From a virus (Duplodnaviria; Caudoviricetes), in IMG/VR virus record IMGVR_UViG_3300037424_000369, positions 1 through 45,201 of that record: a stretch of 45,201 bases of DNA; one strand, given 5' to 3'. The notes under the pieces were generated by a model. That model was not told the DNA's origin, did no database searches, and saw only the letters and a program-made list of their open reading frames with translations. Every line of letters starts with the position of its first letter. The stretch's first letter is position 1. Shown here in pieces: positions 27,453 to 36,829 of the stretch. A program made the position numbers and the translations under genes.

Positions 27453-27803
27453 ATGACCAACTTTGACGACGATGATATTAACATTCGCCACGACAACCCT
27501 GACGAGGACTACGACCATATTCTCGATGATGGTTGCCGTATGGCGTGGTATAGGCGAGGTGAGTGCAGAGCTAAGTCCGACCTTTCTGCTTCCGCGTCGG
27601 ATAACAAGGGGCAGGGTAAGGCTAATCCCCCTGCCCCGAAACTTTGCGCATGGTGCGACACGGAACTAATAAAACATCAAACCCATTGTGCCGATGGGAC
27701 TATTGAGGAATGGGACAATTACTGCCCGTCATGCCAGCGCGAAATAGACGCATACGACTACGAGTTTGCGAAGTTAGTAGACCCAGAAGACATGGAGGCA
27801 TAA
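27453..27803 (+). CDS. Hypothetical acidic zinc-finger protein
   Basis: AAGGAG RBS; CAWC...YCPSC. Confidence 0.6.
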   Translation: MTNFDDDDINIRHDNPDEDYDHILDDGCRMAWYRRGECRAKSDLSASASDNKGQGKANPPAPKLCAWCDTELIKHQTHCADGTIEEWDNYCPSCQREIDAYDYEFAKLVDPEDMEA

Positions 27804-27804
27804 A

Positions 27805-27996
27805 ATAAAAACCCAGATTAAGACGCAAACAACCATAAGGGCCGTTGGCAAGGTTTACTGTGATTGGTGTTGCCAACATATTAGTGCTCAATGTAAGTTG
27901 TTTCCGGGGCAATGGCTTAAACCAGGAAAATATAGGGGAAAACCTTATTATATTCGTTGCCAACCTTGCCTTGATGGTGAGAAGGAGGCAATATGA
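27805..27996 (+). CDS. Cys-rich 63-aa ORF with ATA start (non-canonical start or recently mutated ATG)
   Basis: GGAGG-N6-ATA; IKTQ...YCDWCC...CKLF...IRCQPCLDGE; stop overlaps next ATG (ATGA). Confidence 0.5.
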   Translation: MKTQIKTQTTIRAVGKVYCDWCCQHISAQCKLFPGQWLKPGKYRGKPYYIRCQPCLDGEKEAI

Positions 27997-28175
27997 GAGC
28001 CACGTGGACCAAGCACCTGGCACAGGCTAAACGTCATATCGACCTTGCGTATAACGAACTGACGATTACTTCTAATCAGGCACCTGGCTACGAGCAGATG
28101 TGGATAAACGAGAAGATGGGTAGCGTAGCGGAGATACAAAACAAACTTAAAGCGAAGATAAAGGAGAAGGAATGA
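27993..28175 (+). CDS. Hypothetical protein (60 aa)
   Basis: AAGGAGG RBS; ATGA-coupled to the ATPase gene. Confidence 0.65.
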   Translation: MRATWTKHLAQAKRHIDLAYNELTITSNQAPGYEQMWINEKMGSVAEIQNKLKAKIKEKE

Positions 28176-29149
28176 GCAGGTTTCAAAAGAATCCAACTAT
28201 GAAGAACCTAAAAATAGTCGGGTACGGTCATGGTGGTTCTGGCAAAACAACATTTGGCACGACCATGCCGTACCCCCGATTCTGGATTGATGCAGAACAT
28301 TCGGGCGACCATATCAGGGATGAGAACGATGTGGTTGACTATACCACTTCGTTCAAGGATTTACAAGACGACATTAAGGATGCTGTCGCACAGGGCGCAA
28401 AGTCCATCATTATCGACCCAATTACCATCTTTCGGGACACCTTAATTGACAAGGTTGAGTCCGAGACTAAGAATGGCATGGAGTTCAGGGATTGGGCGAA
28501 GGTTAAGAAGCCGGACAAACGATTGACTACTGATTGGCAGAACGCACCCTGTCATGTCTACATTACCACCCACGAAAAAGACGAAACCGTTATGCAACGT
28601 AGCGATAAGGGCAGATTGGAGCCTGTCAAGATTGGGGTCAAGCCCGATGCCGACAAGAAACTAATCTATGCCCCTGATATTGTATTGCGGTTCTTTGTGG
28701 AGAACGGTAAACATTACGCCGAGATAATCAAGATTCGCATACGGAAGGAACTGGCTATTAAGACAGGGTTGACCGTAGGCAAGATTATTGAGAACCCAAC
28801 CTTTGATACGTTCAAGCCTGTGGTTGAGGCATATTCTCAGGGTAGCACTCCGGCCCACTATTCAGACGATAGAGAGACAAGCGAAAAGGATGAGGCCGTG
28901 TTCGATGAGATTGACAAAGAGCAAGAGAACGTAGCCAAGAAGAAACTACTCGGCCAGATTCAGCGTGGTGAGAAGAAATGCCAGGAGTTGAAGATGTTTG
29001 GCTGGCAAGACGAGGAGCAAACTAACGCCACCCGTCGCAACCTGCTTGGCACAGAGATTCTTGCCGATGCGAGTATCGAAGATTTAACAGCCTACCGTGA
29101 TGGTATGGCGAAACAAGTAAACGCAGCAAAGGAGCAGGTACATGAGTAG
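28172..29149 (+). CDS. P-loop ATPase, Sak4-like (AAA_24) single-strand annealing recombinase
   Basis: YGHGGSGKTT, WIDAE, IIIDPIT, TTHEKD; immediately followed by SSB. Confidence 0.8.
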   Translation: MSRFQKNPTMKNLKIVGYGHGGSGKTTFGTTMPYPRFWIDAEHSGDHIRDENDVVDYTTSFKDLQDDIKDAVAQGAKSIIIDPITIFRDTLIDKVESETKNGMEFRDWAKVKKPDKRLTTDWQNAPCHVYITTHEKDETVMQRSDKGRLEPVKIGVKPDADKKLIYAPDIVLRFFVENGKHYAEIIKIRIRKELAIKTGLTVGKIIENPTFDTFKPVVEAYSQGSTPAHYSDDRETSEKDEAVFDEIDKEQENVAKKKLLGQIQRGEKKCQELKMFGWQDEEQTNATRRNLLGTEILADASIEDLTAYRDGMAKQVNAAKEQVHE

Positions 29150-29540
29150 TGTCAACAAAGCAATCATACTCGGCAACTTGGGCCACGACCCATCCGTGAA
29201 AGAAGTCGCAAGTGGCGATAAGGTCTGTACACTTAACGTCGCAACCACGAAAACATACAAAGACAAGTCGGGTGCTAAACAGTCCAAAACTACGTGGCAC
29301 CGTGTCATACTCTGGGGCAATCTCGGAGAAGTTGCCAGTAAGTATCTCAAGAAGGGTTCGCCTGTCTATATCGAGGGCGAGATTGATAACCGTGAATACG
29401 AGGACAGGGACGGCGTGAAGAAGCGTATCTCCGAGATACGTGCGACATCGTTGCAGTTAATAGGCCCGAAGCCACAGGGCGAGTCGCAGGCGGAAGATGT
29501 GCCGACAAGTGCGCCCGATGATTCGGGCCTCCCTTTCTAA
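29142..29540 (+). CDS. ssb: Single-stranded DNA-binding protein
   Basis: SVNKAIILGNLGHDP, TTWHRV, YLKKGSPVYIEG, acidic tail ending LPF. Confidence 0.97.
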   Translation: MSSVNKAIILGNLGHDPSVKEVASGDKVCTLNVATTKTYKDKSGAKQSKTTWHRVILWGNLGEVASKYLKKGSPVYIEGEIDNREYEDRDGVKKRISEIRATSLQLIGPKPQGESQAEDVPTSAPDDSGLPF

Positions 29541-29610
29541 CCTGATTCACTTTGCTACGGGGTGTGGGCTAATCTACCATGCCCATACCCCGAATAAATG
29601 GAGGACTAAG

Positions 29611-29970
29611 ATGGATAAAAAGATAAACTGGCCCAAGGTCTGGATGGAGATAGGGCAGGCGTTTGAGAAAAAGGGAAACCTAATAACAAGTAACACCTTA
29701 GATAAAAATCCAAAAAGAAACAGTGAAATGACATCTATTGGTTTATGTAAGGCATTTGAATGTGTGATAAACGATGAAAGTATCCCCAACATTCTGAGGG
29801 GGAACACTAATCTTGGTGATGGGCTATGTTGGTATGTTTATGAAACAAATATAAATTATGAAATAGGTATAAATGTTGAGTTTTATACTTTCCGTGCCAC
29901 CTTTTGCTACTTTATGGCCGCAATGGGTGACGAGTTCGAGGAATTTCTTGAATGGTGCAAGGAGAACTAA
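29611..29970 (+). CDS. Hypothetical protein, paralog of the 26782 N-module
   Basis: GGAGG RBS before ATG 29611; W..VW..IGQAFE...GLC...RATFCYFMAAMG. Confidence 0.75.
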   Translation: MDKKINWPKVWMEIGQAFEKKGNLITSNTLDKNPKRNSEMTSIGLCKAFECVINDESIPNILRGNTNLGDGLCWYVYETNINYEIGINVEFYTFRATFCYFMAAMGDEFEEFLEWCKEN

Positions 29971-30059
29971 TGCGTGGAATGAATGATAGATATTTTTGGG
30001 CGATAGTCATAGTCGCAATCATCGGGTGTGCAGCGGTTGTATGGCAGTTCGGGCAGTGA
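29970..30059 (+). CDS. Small single-TM protein (29 aa)
   Basis: AAGGAG RBS; MRGMNDRYFWAIVIVAIIGCAAVVWQFGQ. Confidence 0.45.
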   Translation: MRGMNDRYFWAIVIVAIIGCAAVVWQFGQ

Positions 30060-30156
30060 GTAGAGAGATAGAATTAGCGTGTTCGACAAATTAACCAAAC
30101 GCCTAAGAGAAGTATTGTGACATCGCCATACAGAGATTACAACAGGGGATACTAAT

Positions 30157-31422
30157 TTGACCCATGCACAACCACAAGCCATCGAAACGGAACGTAGCGT
30201 GATTGGTGCCTGTCTACAAAACGAAGAAGCACTCCATACCGCTATGGAACAGCTCATTTACACAGACTTCTTTGACGCTAAGAATCAAAAGGTATTCAAG
30301 GCTATGTCGGACCTCTACTTTGCTAATACAGCCGTTGACTTGACTACTGTGCCGAACAAGCTCGGTCGCCAACTGGAGGGGGTTGGCGGTCGGGCATACC
30401 TTATGACCATGATGGAATCGGTAGTTGTTATCCATATCGAAGATTGGTGCGCCATAGTCAAGGACAAGTCCATGCTCAGGCAGTTAATTGGCATAGATAC
30501 CGAAACCATAGAACGTGCGTATCTACCTGATGCTGATGGCAAGGAACTTATCGAGTTGCAAGAACAAAAGCTATTCAAACTATCAGAAGGTACCAAATCA
30601 GACATTGTGCATATCAAGACATTCGGGGCAAAGGTCTACGACAATCTTAACAACAGAGTCATGGGCCTGAGTTGTGGGCTGAGCGATGTTGATAATCTCA
30701 CAAGCGGATTCCAGGATTCAGAGTTAATTATCATAGCAGGTCGGCCGTCTACGGGCAAGACAGCGTTTGCCGTAAACATTATCGAGCACGTTGCGGTTGG
30801 CCTGCACCTGCCTATTATGTTGTTCTCTCTGGAAATGTCTAAAGAGCAGATAGCCGAAAGGTTGCTGTATTCACGGGCCAGGGTGCCGAGCGCAAGAGGG
30901 CGAAATGGGAAGTCTTTTGGTGATGGGGAACTGACAAGACTTGCATCGGCCTCTGGTCAAGTGAACAACGCACCAATCTACATAGACGATTCCGGCGCAT
31001 TGTCGGTCATGGAGATTCGAGGCAGGACACGCAAAGCTAAGATGAAGTACGATATTAAGGTAGCGTTTGTCGATTACTTGCAGTTGGTTAGAGGCCAGAA
31101 GAATCCAGAGAGTCGCAACCAAGAAGTTACGTTCATCAGCGGTCAGCTCAAAGCGATGGCAAAGGAGCTAAAGATTCCGGTGATAGCGTTGTCTCAGTTA
31201 TCACGCAAGATAGACGGTCGTGGCAAGGATGCGAAACCGCAACTGTCAGACCTGAGAGAGAGTGGTGCGATAGAGCAAGATGCAGACTTGGTGCTATTTG
31301 TTCACGCCAGAGAGACGATAATCATAGGCAAGGCTCGCAACGGTCCGTTGGGCGAGATACCAGTCGTGTTTCATGGCGAGTACACAAAGTTCGATATGGC
31401 AGATAGGATACATACAATATGA
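30157..31422 (+). CDS. dnaB: Replicative DNA helicase
   Basis: IIAGRPSTGKT, FSLEMS, IYIDD, FVDYLQL, LSQLSR, DLRESGAIEQDAD, KARNGP; TTG start with GGGG RBS. Confidence 0.97.
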   Translation: MTHAQPQAIETERSVIGACLQNEEALHTAMEQLIYTDFFDAKNQKVFKAMSDLYFANTAVDLTTVPNKLGRQLEGVGGRAYLMTMMESVVVIHIEDWCAIVKDKSMLRQLIGIDTETIERAYLPDADGKELIELQEQKLFKLSEGTKSDIVHIKTFGAKVYDNLNNRVMGLSCGLSDVDNLTSGFQDSELIIIAGRPSTGKTAFAVNIIEHVAVGLHLPIMLFSLEMSKEQIAERLLYSRARVPSARGRNGKSFGDGELTRLASASGQVNNAPIYIDDSGALSVMEIRGRTRKAKMKYDIKVAFVDYLQLVRGQKNPESRNQEVTFISGQLKAMAKELKIPVIALSQLSRKIDGRGKDAKPQLSDLRESGAIEQDADLVLFVHARETIIIGKARNGPLGEIPVVFHGEYTKFDMADRIHTI

Positions 31423-32558
31423 TACACGCAGGAGACGCTTTAACGGTGCTGAAAACGATGGAGAGCGAGTCGGTCCAATGCTGTATAACCAGCCCGCCGT
31501 ACTATGGATTGCGTGATTATGGTGTCGATGGTCAAATCGGATTGGAGAAAACGCCTGAGGAATATCTGGCAACCATGACCGCTATTTTCCACGAGGTCAA
31601 GCGGGTGCTGAGAGACGACGGCACGCTGTGGCTGAATATGGGGGATAGTTATGCCGCGGGCAAATCAGGGAGAGACGATAGCGGAGGCAACGGAAAATTC
31701 GGCGGGCCACGCATTGAAATATCCCAGAGAAAAGCACCAAATGGCTTCAAGCCTAAAGACCTGATGATGATGCCCTCGCGTCTGGCTATGGCTTTGCAGG
31801 CGGACGGTTGGTATCTGCGCTCGATGATGCCTTGGGTTAAGCGCAACTCGATGCCAGAATCAGCTACCGACAGGCCGTCAAGTGCGGTCGAGTATATGTT
31901 CCTGCTGTCAAAGAGCCAGAAGTATTACTACGATGCCGAGGCCGTGAGAGTGCCCAATAATGACCTTGATACAAAACCACGACATTTTAGGAAAACTGGA
32001 GACGGTGAAACATTACGAAATGATACTGGCAACCCATATCAACCCCGTTCCGGTCGCAACCGCCGCAACTCCGACTCGTTCTTCGAGTCCTGGCAGGGGC
32101 TGTACGAAGAAGATGACGAGCCGTTGGCCCTTATTGTTAACCCACAGCCATTTTCCGGCGCACACTTCGCAACTTTTCCAGAGAAGCTAATCATCCCCTG
32201 CATCAAGGCGGGTACGAGCGAAAAGGGGCAATGCGCCACGTGCGGCAGTCCGTGGGTCAGGGAGATAATCCACAAAGCAAATTATGAGAAACGTGAGCCT
32301 GCTTATGCCCCAAATTCAGGGCCGAGCAAGGTTGATAGTTCGGGATGGAAACCGCCAACGATAACCGATAATGGCTGGTCGCCTGCCTGCTCATGTAACG
32401 CCGAGGTCGTGCCCCAGATTGTACTTGATATATTCATGGGTAGCGGCACCGTTGCCGTTGTCGCCGAGAAGTTAGGCAGACGGTGGACAGGCATCGAGCT
32501 AAATCCCGAATACATAAAACTGGCCGAAAAACGAATCGGATTGAGGATGCCCCTATGA
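31419..32558 (+). CDS. DNA N4-cytosine/N6-adenine methyltransferase (beta class) with Cys-ribbon insertion
   Basis: TSPPY (motif IV), HFATFP, VLDIFMGSGT (motif I), GIELNPEY. Confidence 0.92.
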   Translation: MIHAGDALTVLKTMESESVQCCITSPPYYGLRDYGVDGQIGLEKTPEEYLATMTAIFHEVKRVLRDDGTLWLNMGDSYAAGKSGRDDSGGNGKFGGPRIEISQRKAPNGFKPKDLMMMPSRLAMALQADGWYLRSMMPWVKRNSMPESATDRPSSAVEYMFLLSKSQKYYYDAEAVRVPNNDLDTKPRHFRKTGDGETLRNDTGNPYQPRSGRNRRNSDSFFESWQGLYEEDDEPLALIVNPQPFSGAHFATFPEKLIIPCIKAGTSEKGQCATCGSPWVREIIHKANYEKREPAYAPNSGPSKVDSSGWKPPTITDNGWSPACSCNAEVVPQIVLDIFMGSGTVAVVAEKLGRRWTGIELNPEYIKLAEKRIGLRMPL

Positions 32559-32869
32559 CCCACAGAAACTACTGGATGGACGCTATCATGGAGTACGAAC
32601 TGCGTAAGTGGGGTGAACGGCGGTTGACTCCGGCCATGATTCAAAAGCTGGTGTTCAAGGATGGCTACTACGAGTACGCAACACTGATGGCGGCTATCGT
32701 GGAATGTCGGCTTGATATGGACAAGAAGAAGTACATCGGTGCGTTACGCAACTTGGTAAAGGACGATGAGAAGATGCAGGCACTAAGACGAATAGGTGCG
32801 GTGTTACCGAATCCGTGCCCGCCAGACGATGCGGTTAAATCACTGGTGCCGAAACTGAGGGAGATATGA
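32555..32869 (+). CDS. Hypothetical protein
   Basis: GAGG RBS and ATGA overlap at 32555 (MTHRNYWMDA...). Confidence 0.6.
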   Translation: MTHRNYWMDAIMEYELRKWGERRLTPAMIQKLVFKDGYYEYATLMAAIVECRLDMDKKKYIGALRNLVKDDEKMQALRRIGAVLPNPCPPDDAVKSLVPKLREI

Positions 32870-32891
32870 ACCGCAGAACAAAGGAGAATGT

Positions 32892-33131
32892 ATGAGTAAC
32901 CCAAAGTATCGAGTGACGGTTGAGGAAAATGGGCCAGACGGGAACAGTATTCTAACCATCTACCACGACGAAAAAGAATTGGCGAGTTATGGAGATTATG
33001 GTGAACCGGAAGATAACTCCTTTAATCGGGATTGGTGGTGGGTTTCTGAGCGACTTAGAGAAGCCTATAAATTAGGATTTGCTGATGCAATCGCTACCAT
33101 GACTGCAAATAGGGAAGCACAGAAACCATGA
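32892..33131 (+). CDS. Conserved phage hypothetical protein
   Basis: AAGGAG RBS; DYGEPEDNSFNRDWWWV...AYKLG. Confidence 0.75.
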   Translation: MSNPKYRVTVEENGPDGNSILTIYHDEKELASYGDYGEPEDNSFNRDWWWVSERLREAYKLGFADAIATMTANREAQKP

Positions 33132-33430
33132 ACCGCAACGCAAAGGGAGCCAGGTCTGAATGTGAGTATCGCGACATACTCGAAAAACAGGGCTACCAAG
33201 TAACAAGGTCAGGTGGGTCGCTTGGTGAATGGGATTTGATTGCTATCGGGTCATGTGTGATACTGGTACAGGTTAAATCGGGCAGTGAGAAGTATTGCAA
33301 GTCAGCGTATCGCAAGTGGAACGCGCCGAAGAGTCTGCCGTTGGGCGTGTTTTGGCAATTTGCGATGAAGGTGGATTATAAGGGCTGGTACGTGGCGGAC
33401 TGTGACCACGCCGAAGGGAGAAAGATATGA
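33128..33430 (+). CDS. PD-(D/E)xK nuclease, Hjc-type Holliday junction resolvase-like
   Basis: KGARSE...GYQVTRSGGSLGEWDLIAI...LVQVK. Confidence 0.85.
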   Translation: MNRNAKGARSECEYRDILEKQGYQVTRSGGSLGEWDLIAIGSCVILVQVKSGSEKYCKSAYRKWNAPKSLPLGVFWQFAMKVDYKGWYVADCDHAEGRKI

Positions 33431-33663
33431 GTGCATCACAAAGACAGTTGCTAAACCTTGGAGGTCATTACCCTGAGTTAGAGACCAAATTAAAACAGGC
33501 TGTTACTCTGATTCAGGAAGTGATTGACGATGTTAGGGAAGATATAGGGTCAGACGGGCAGTATGATAATGCCGCCGATGATGGGGCATTATGTTCGATG
33601 CTTGGACATGCAATCGGTATTATCAAGAGTGAATTACCACCATTTGAGGAAGGGAAAATATGA
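33427..33663 (+). CDS. Hypothetical protein
   Basis: 78 aa, ATGA-coupled on both sides. Confidence 0.6.
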   Translation: MSASQRQLLNLGGHYPELETKLKQAVTLIQEVIDDVREDIGSDGQYDNAADDGALCSMLGHAIGIIKSELPPFEEGKI

Positions 33664-33914
33664 ATATCCATCCAGACAATAGGAGTATCCAAGATTGGTC
33701 ATGGATACAGTCTGCACTTGAAGATGAAGCGAATAGGGCCGCATTTATGTGTAGGCCGTCAGTCATGTTGGGCGTTAAGCCGGTTCAAGATGGTAATGCT
33801 TGGCTGGCGATTTATGGTGATTTGCCGAGTGGCGTTGTGGGCAGTGGCGATTCTCCAGAGCTTGCTATGGCTGATTTTGATAGGGCGTGGTACGCAAACC
33901 AGGAGGCCAAATGA
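33660..33914 (+). CDS. Conserved phage hypothetical protein (HicB-like N-terminal pattern)
   Basis: DGNAWLAIYG...GVVGSGDSPELAMADFD. Confidence 0.65.
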   Translation: MNIHPDNRSIQDWSWIQSALEDEANRAAFMCRPSVMLGVKPVQDGNAWLAIYGDLPSGVVGSGDSPELAMADFDRAWYANQEAK

Positions 33915-34651
33915 AGCCCGATGAAATCACGGCGGCCCTGCGGTCAATACCGGAGGGGAAGGGATTGGCCTTTGAATTTAAGGCATTAAATAAAAGGCTT
34001 GAGTTGGAGTTGACCGATTTCGATAGACAAATGACCAAGAATTTTATCTATGCCCTCACCCTCCTTGCCGCATCGACGCTGCGGGAGCAGGCGACAATAG
34101 AGTCCAAAGACAATGCCTACCGTGAGCGCAATCAGTTGGTTGCATTTATCTCAAAACTATACCCGTCTCATTTAGCCATGCATCCCGATTCAGATGAGTC
34201 GTGGGAACGCGATTGGATGAACATTGTTTGTATCCATGCACCTTTCGGACAATTAACGTGGCATATCCACGATAGCGAAATTGGATTATTCTCTCATTTG
34301 CAATATGTCGAAGGTGATTGGGACGGTCATAGCACGGAAGAAAAATACAACCGTATCGCCGCCGCGCTGTCCGGCGAGCCGACCCTGCCGCCCGACCCGT
34401 TAGGCGATGCCTTTGCCACTTTGGGCGCAACGGTCAAAAGGGTATTAATCATCGCACAAGACCCACCGCTTTCTAACGCCCTCGAATCCCTGGCCCTCTG
34501 CCGCGAGAAGAGCGAGAAAGATAGATTGCTACTCAAAGCCGCTATGCACGCATTGAGAAGCTATCAATTCGGAAACGGCAGTTCTGATTTAGCCGAGAGT
34601 ACGGCCAACACGATTGAAAAGCACCTCACCGCGGTGGTGAAGGAGGAATGA
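33911..34651 (+). CDS. Mosaic hypothetical protein containing a phage AYRERN...GQLTWH...WDGH domain
   Basis: AGGAGG RBS before ATG 33911; AYRERNQLVA, GQLTWHIHD, WDGHSTEEKY. Confidence 0.7.
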   Translation: MKPDEITAALRSIPEGKGLAFEFKALNKRLELELTDFDRQMTKNFIYALTLLAASTLREQATIESKDNAYRERNQLVAFISKLYPSHLAMHPDSDESWERDWMNIVCIHAPFGQLTWHIHDSEIGLFSHLQYVEGDWDGHSTEEKYNRIAAALSGEPTLPPDPLGDAFATLGATVKRVLIIAQDPPLSNALESLALCREKSEKDRLLLKAAMHALRSYQFGNGSSDLAESTANTIEKHLTAVVKEE

Positions 34652-34818
34652 GATGGAGCAATATTTATTGCATGATAAGCTGGGCTATTATTGGATTTGG
34701 TACAGAGGTTCAAAAGACGAAAGGCCAAATCTAAATGGTCCTCATTCAGAGAAAATGATTAACCTGCCCGTGATTGAGGTTGACAATCCCATATCGTTTA
34801 AACCCAAGGAGGCCCCCG

Positions 34819-35181
34819 ATGTCAAATGACAACCCGCCCGCCTCGACCGGCTGCCCGACGCCAAAGCTCGATGCGATGTTGGAGTATCACAAGACGCATC
34901 CGCGCCTTGATGTCTATTCGATAAATCAAATGGATATGAGAGCCATCGCCGCCGAGCTTGCACAGCTACGAGAGGACAAGGAGAGGGCGGAAAGCATAAA
35001 TAGCGACCTGTGGAAGAATATTTATAAAATGGAAAAATTAACGCTCGATACAAAATTAAGCAATGAAAGTCGCCTGATGCACATTCTTGGTTTGATAAAT
35101 GGCCTATGCCATAAATACCAGACAACGATTGCCGACTATAGAGCATTAATCAGCAGCGGAAGGAGGTCGACAAAGCTATGA
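34819..35181 (+). CDS. Hypothetical coiled-coil protein
   Basis: AAGGAGG RBS before ATG of MSNDNPP. Confidence 0.6.
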   Translation: MSNDNPPASTGCPTPKLDAMLEYHKTHPRLDVYSINQMDMRAIAAELAQLREDKERAESINSDLWKNIYKMEKLTLDTKLSNESRLMHILGLINGLCHKYQTTIADYRALISSGRRSTKL

Positions 35182-35275
35182 CACCATCAAAAAAGTTAGC
35201 TAAATTATTAGGGGTTAAAATGTACGCCGATAAATCAGGGTATAATTTTAGACCATACGCAACCAAGGAGGCCAA

Positions 35276-35992
35276 ATGACGACGAAAGAAAAGATTGCGG
35301 AATTTCACGACCAACTATTTGACGGGAAAATGTCTTTGGAACAAAACGCTAAGTTGCTCTGCGACATCCTCGTCGAGATTCGTGAGAGCGCGGAGAAACT
35401 TAAAAAGCAAGCTGACCACCAGGGCGAAACGATAGTTAAGCTCAACAACCGCTTGTGGGCCACCGAGAGCCGATTGCAGAAACATGAGACTACTTACCAC
35501 GTTGGATTCGATGATATAAAAAGAGAAACTAACGGGTATGTGGCTGCGGTTGGCATCGGTTCATGGACACCTGAGATGGTCAATGTGTTCAATAAGATTA
35601 AGCCTACCGAGCCAGAGTCGCAGAAATGCGATGGCTGCGGCATAGATAAACCCAAAAGGCCGTTTAGCTGGAGGATATGGCAAAGCTGGAAACTGTGCAA
35701 TGAGTGTACACACGTGGCGGTTCACGCTAAGTTGCCACTTAAGCCAGGATTTAACAAAAAGTCCAAAGAGCCGGAGCCGCCGAAGTTCAAGGGGTATGAG
35801 TGGGTGCGCAAAGGCAACGAGTTATATCCGCATGAGTATGTGTTAGAAGATGGCAAATTGGTAAGCCACCATATTAAAGCTTTCGACAAAAGCTTGCCAG
35901 TAAGAGGTTTGAAAGATTCTTACATCTACCGCAAGCTCCCGCGAGGGTGCGTACAATCTGTACCGACCCTGACCTCCATGTGGATGCAATAG
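35276..35992 (+). CDS. Hypothetical protein, coiled coil plus CxxC...CxxC zinc finger
   Basis: AAGGAGG RBS; CDGC...LCNEC. Confidence 0.65.
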   Translation: MTTKEKIAEFHDQLFDGKMSLEQNAKLLCDILVEIRESAEKLKKQADHQGETIVKLNNRLWATESRLQKHETTYHVGFDDIKRETNGYVAAVGIGSWTPEMVNVFNKIKPTEPESQKCDGCGIDKPKRPFSWRIWQSWKLCNECTHVAVHAKLPLKPGFNKKSKEPEPPKFKGYEWVRKGNELYPHEYVLEDGKLVSHHIKAFDKSLPVRGLKDSYIYRKLPRGCVQSVPTLTSMWMQ

Positions 35993-36053
35993 AAATGGCA
36001 CAAGCCATTGCCATACTGCAACGGATACAGACTAAAATCGCCGGAGGGAAGTG

Positions 36054-36143
36054 ATGCTTTGGAAACTTGGCATAGTGACAATCGCCCTGATGTACCTACT
36101 GGCATTAGGGCTGGGGATTAAAGACAAGATAAGGAAAAAATAA
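36054..36143 (+). CDS. Small single-TM protein (29 aa)
   Basis: GGAGG RBS; MLWKLGIVTIALMYLLALGLGIKDKIRKK. Confidence 0.5.
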   Translation: MLWKLGIVTIALMYLLALGLGIKDKIRKK

Positions 36144-36673
36144 TGACTCGTACACGCAAAAAAGGTGAGACTGGCATCAAAGCAAACTGTGATTTCTGTG
36201 GTGCCGAGTTTACCAAAACATACGCAAGGCATCGATTTTGTACGACACAGTGCCAACGAAAACATTTTACTAAACTTCAAAAAGAAAGGAAAAAGGAAAA
36301 GAAGGAAAATGTCATGGCCGTTTGCGCTTTCTGTGGTAAAGAGTTCACGCCATATAACAGCTATCAAAAATACTGTTCGGAATCTTGCTATGACAGTAGT
36401 GTTGCTGTTACCCGTAAAGAGCGCAATAGTTTCCTTAGAAACGCACAAACCACAAACAAAAAAAACGCACAGGATGTAATCTCTGTACGTTACTTTACGT
36501 GGGGTACTATACAACGGATGAAGGTTGCCATATTCGACAATCCGAATTGGGAGAATCTAAAATCACCGAAGCATGAGGATATGGTTCTTCTGGAGCGAGA
36601 GTTGGACTATATAGCTATGCAGTTTCAGAAAGAAAACATGACGGCAACAATGGTGCCGTGCTTTGAAAGGTAG
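36143..36673 (+). CDS. Protein with two treble-clef-type zinc fingers
   Basis: CDFCGAEF...RFCTTQC and CAFCGKEF...KYCSESC. Confidence 0.75.
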   Translation: MTRTRKKGETGIKANCDFCGAEFTKTYARHRFCTTQCQRKHFTKLQKERKKEKKENVMAVCAFCGKEFTPYNSYQKYCSESCYDSSVAVTRKERNSFLRNAQTTNKKNAQDVISVRYFTWGTIQRMKVAIFDNPNWENLKSPKHEDMVLLERELDYIAMQFQKENMTATMVPCFER

Positions 36674-36679
36674 GAAGGT

Positions 36680-36829
36680 ATGGGCGGTGTCTTGATTGTA
36701 ACGTTGATTGCGGTAGTAGGGTTGTTCTTAATCCCTGAATTATTCAACGAAACACTAACCTTGTTTGCGTTGGCAATGTACATACTGGGTGTTCTTGTTG
36801 GTGTGATTATTGTATGGGACGATGATTAG
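36680..36829 (+). CDS. Small two-TM membrane protein (49 aa), last gene of the plus arm
   Basis: MGGVLIVTLIAVVGLFLIPELFNETLTLFALAMYILGVLVGVIIVWDDD; stop overlaps convergent stop at 36826-28. Confidence 0.5.
   Translation: MGGVLIVTLIAVVGLFLIPELFNETLTLFALAMYILGVLVGVIIVWDDD

Noticed and set aside
30079-30156. TGA read-through or alternative genetic code extending DnaB (GTG...TGA in frame)
   Set aside because: The TTG at 30157 has its own RBS, and TAA, TAG and TGA all terminate well-formed genes elsewhere, so code 11 fits.
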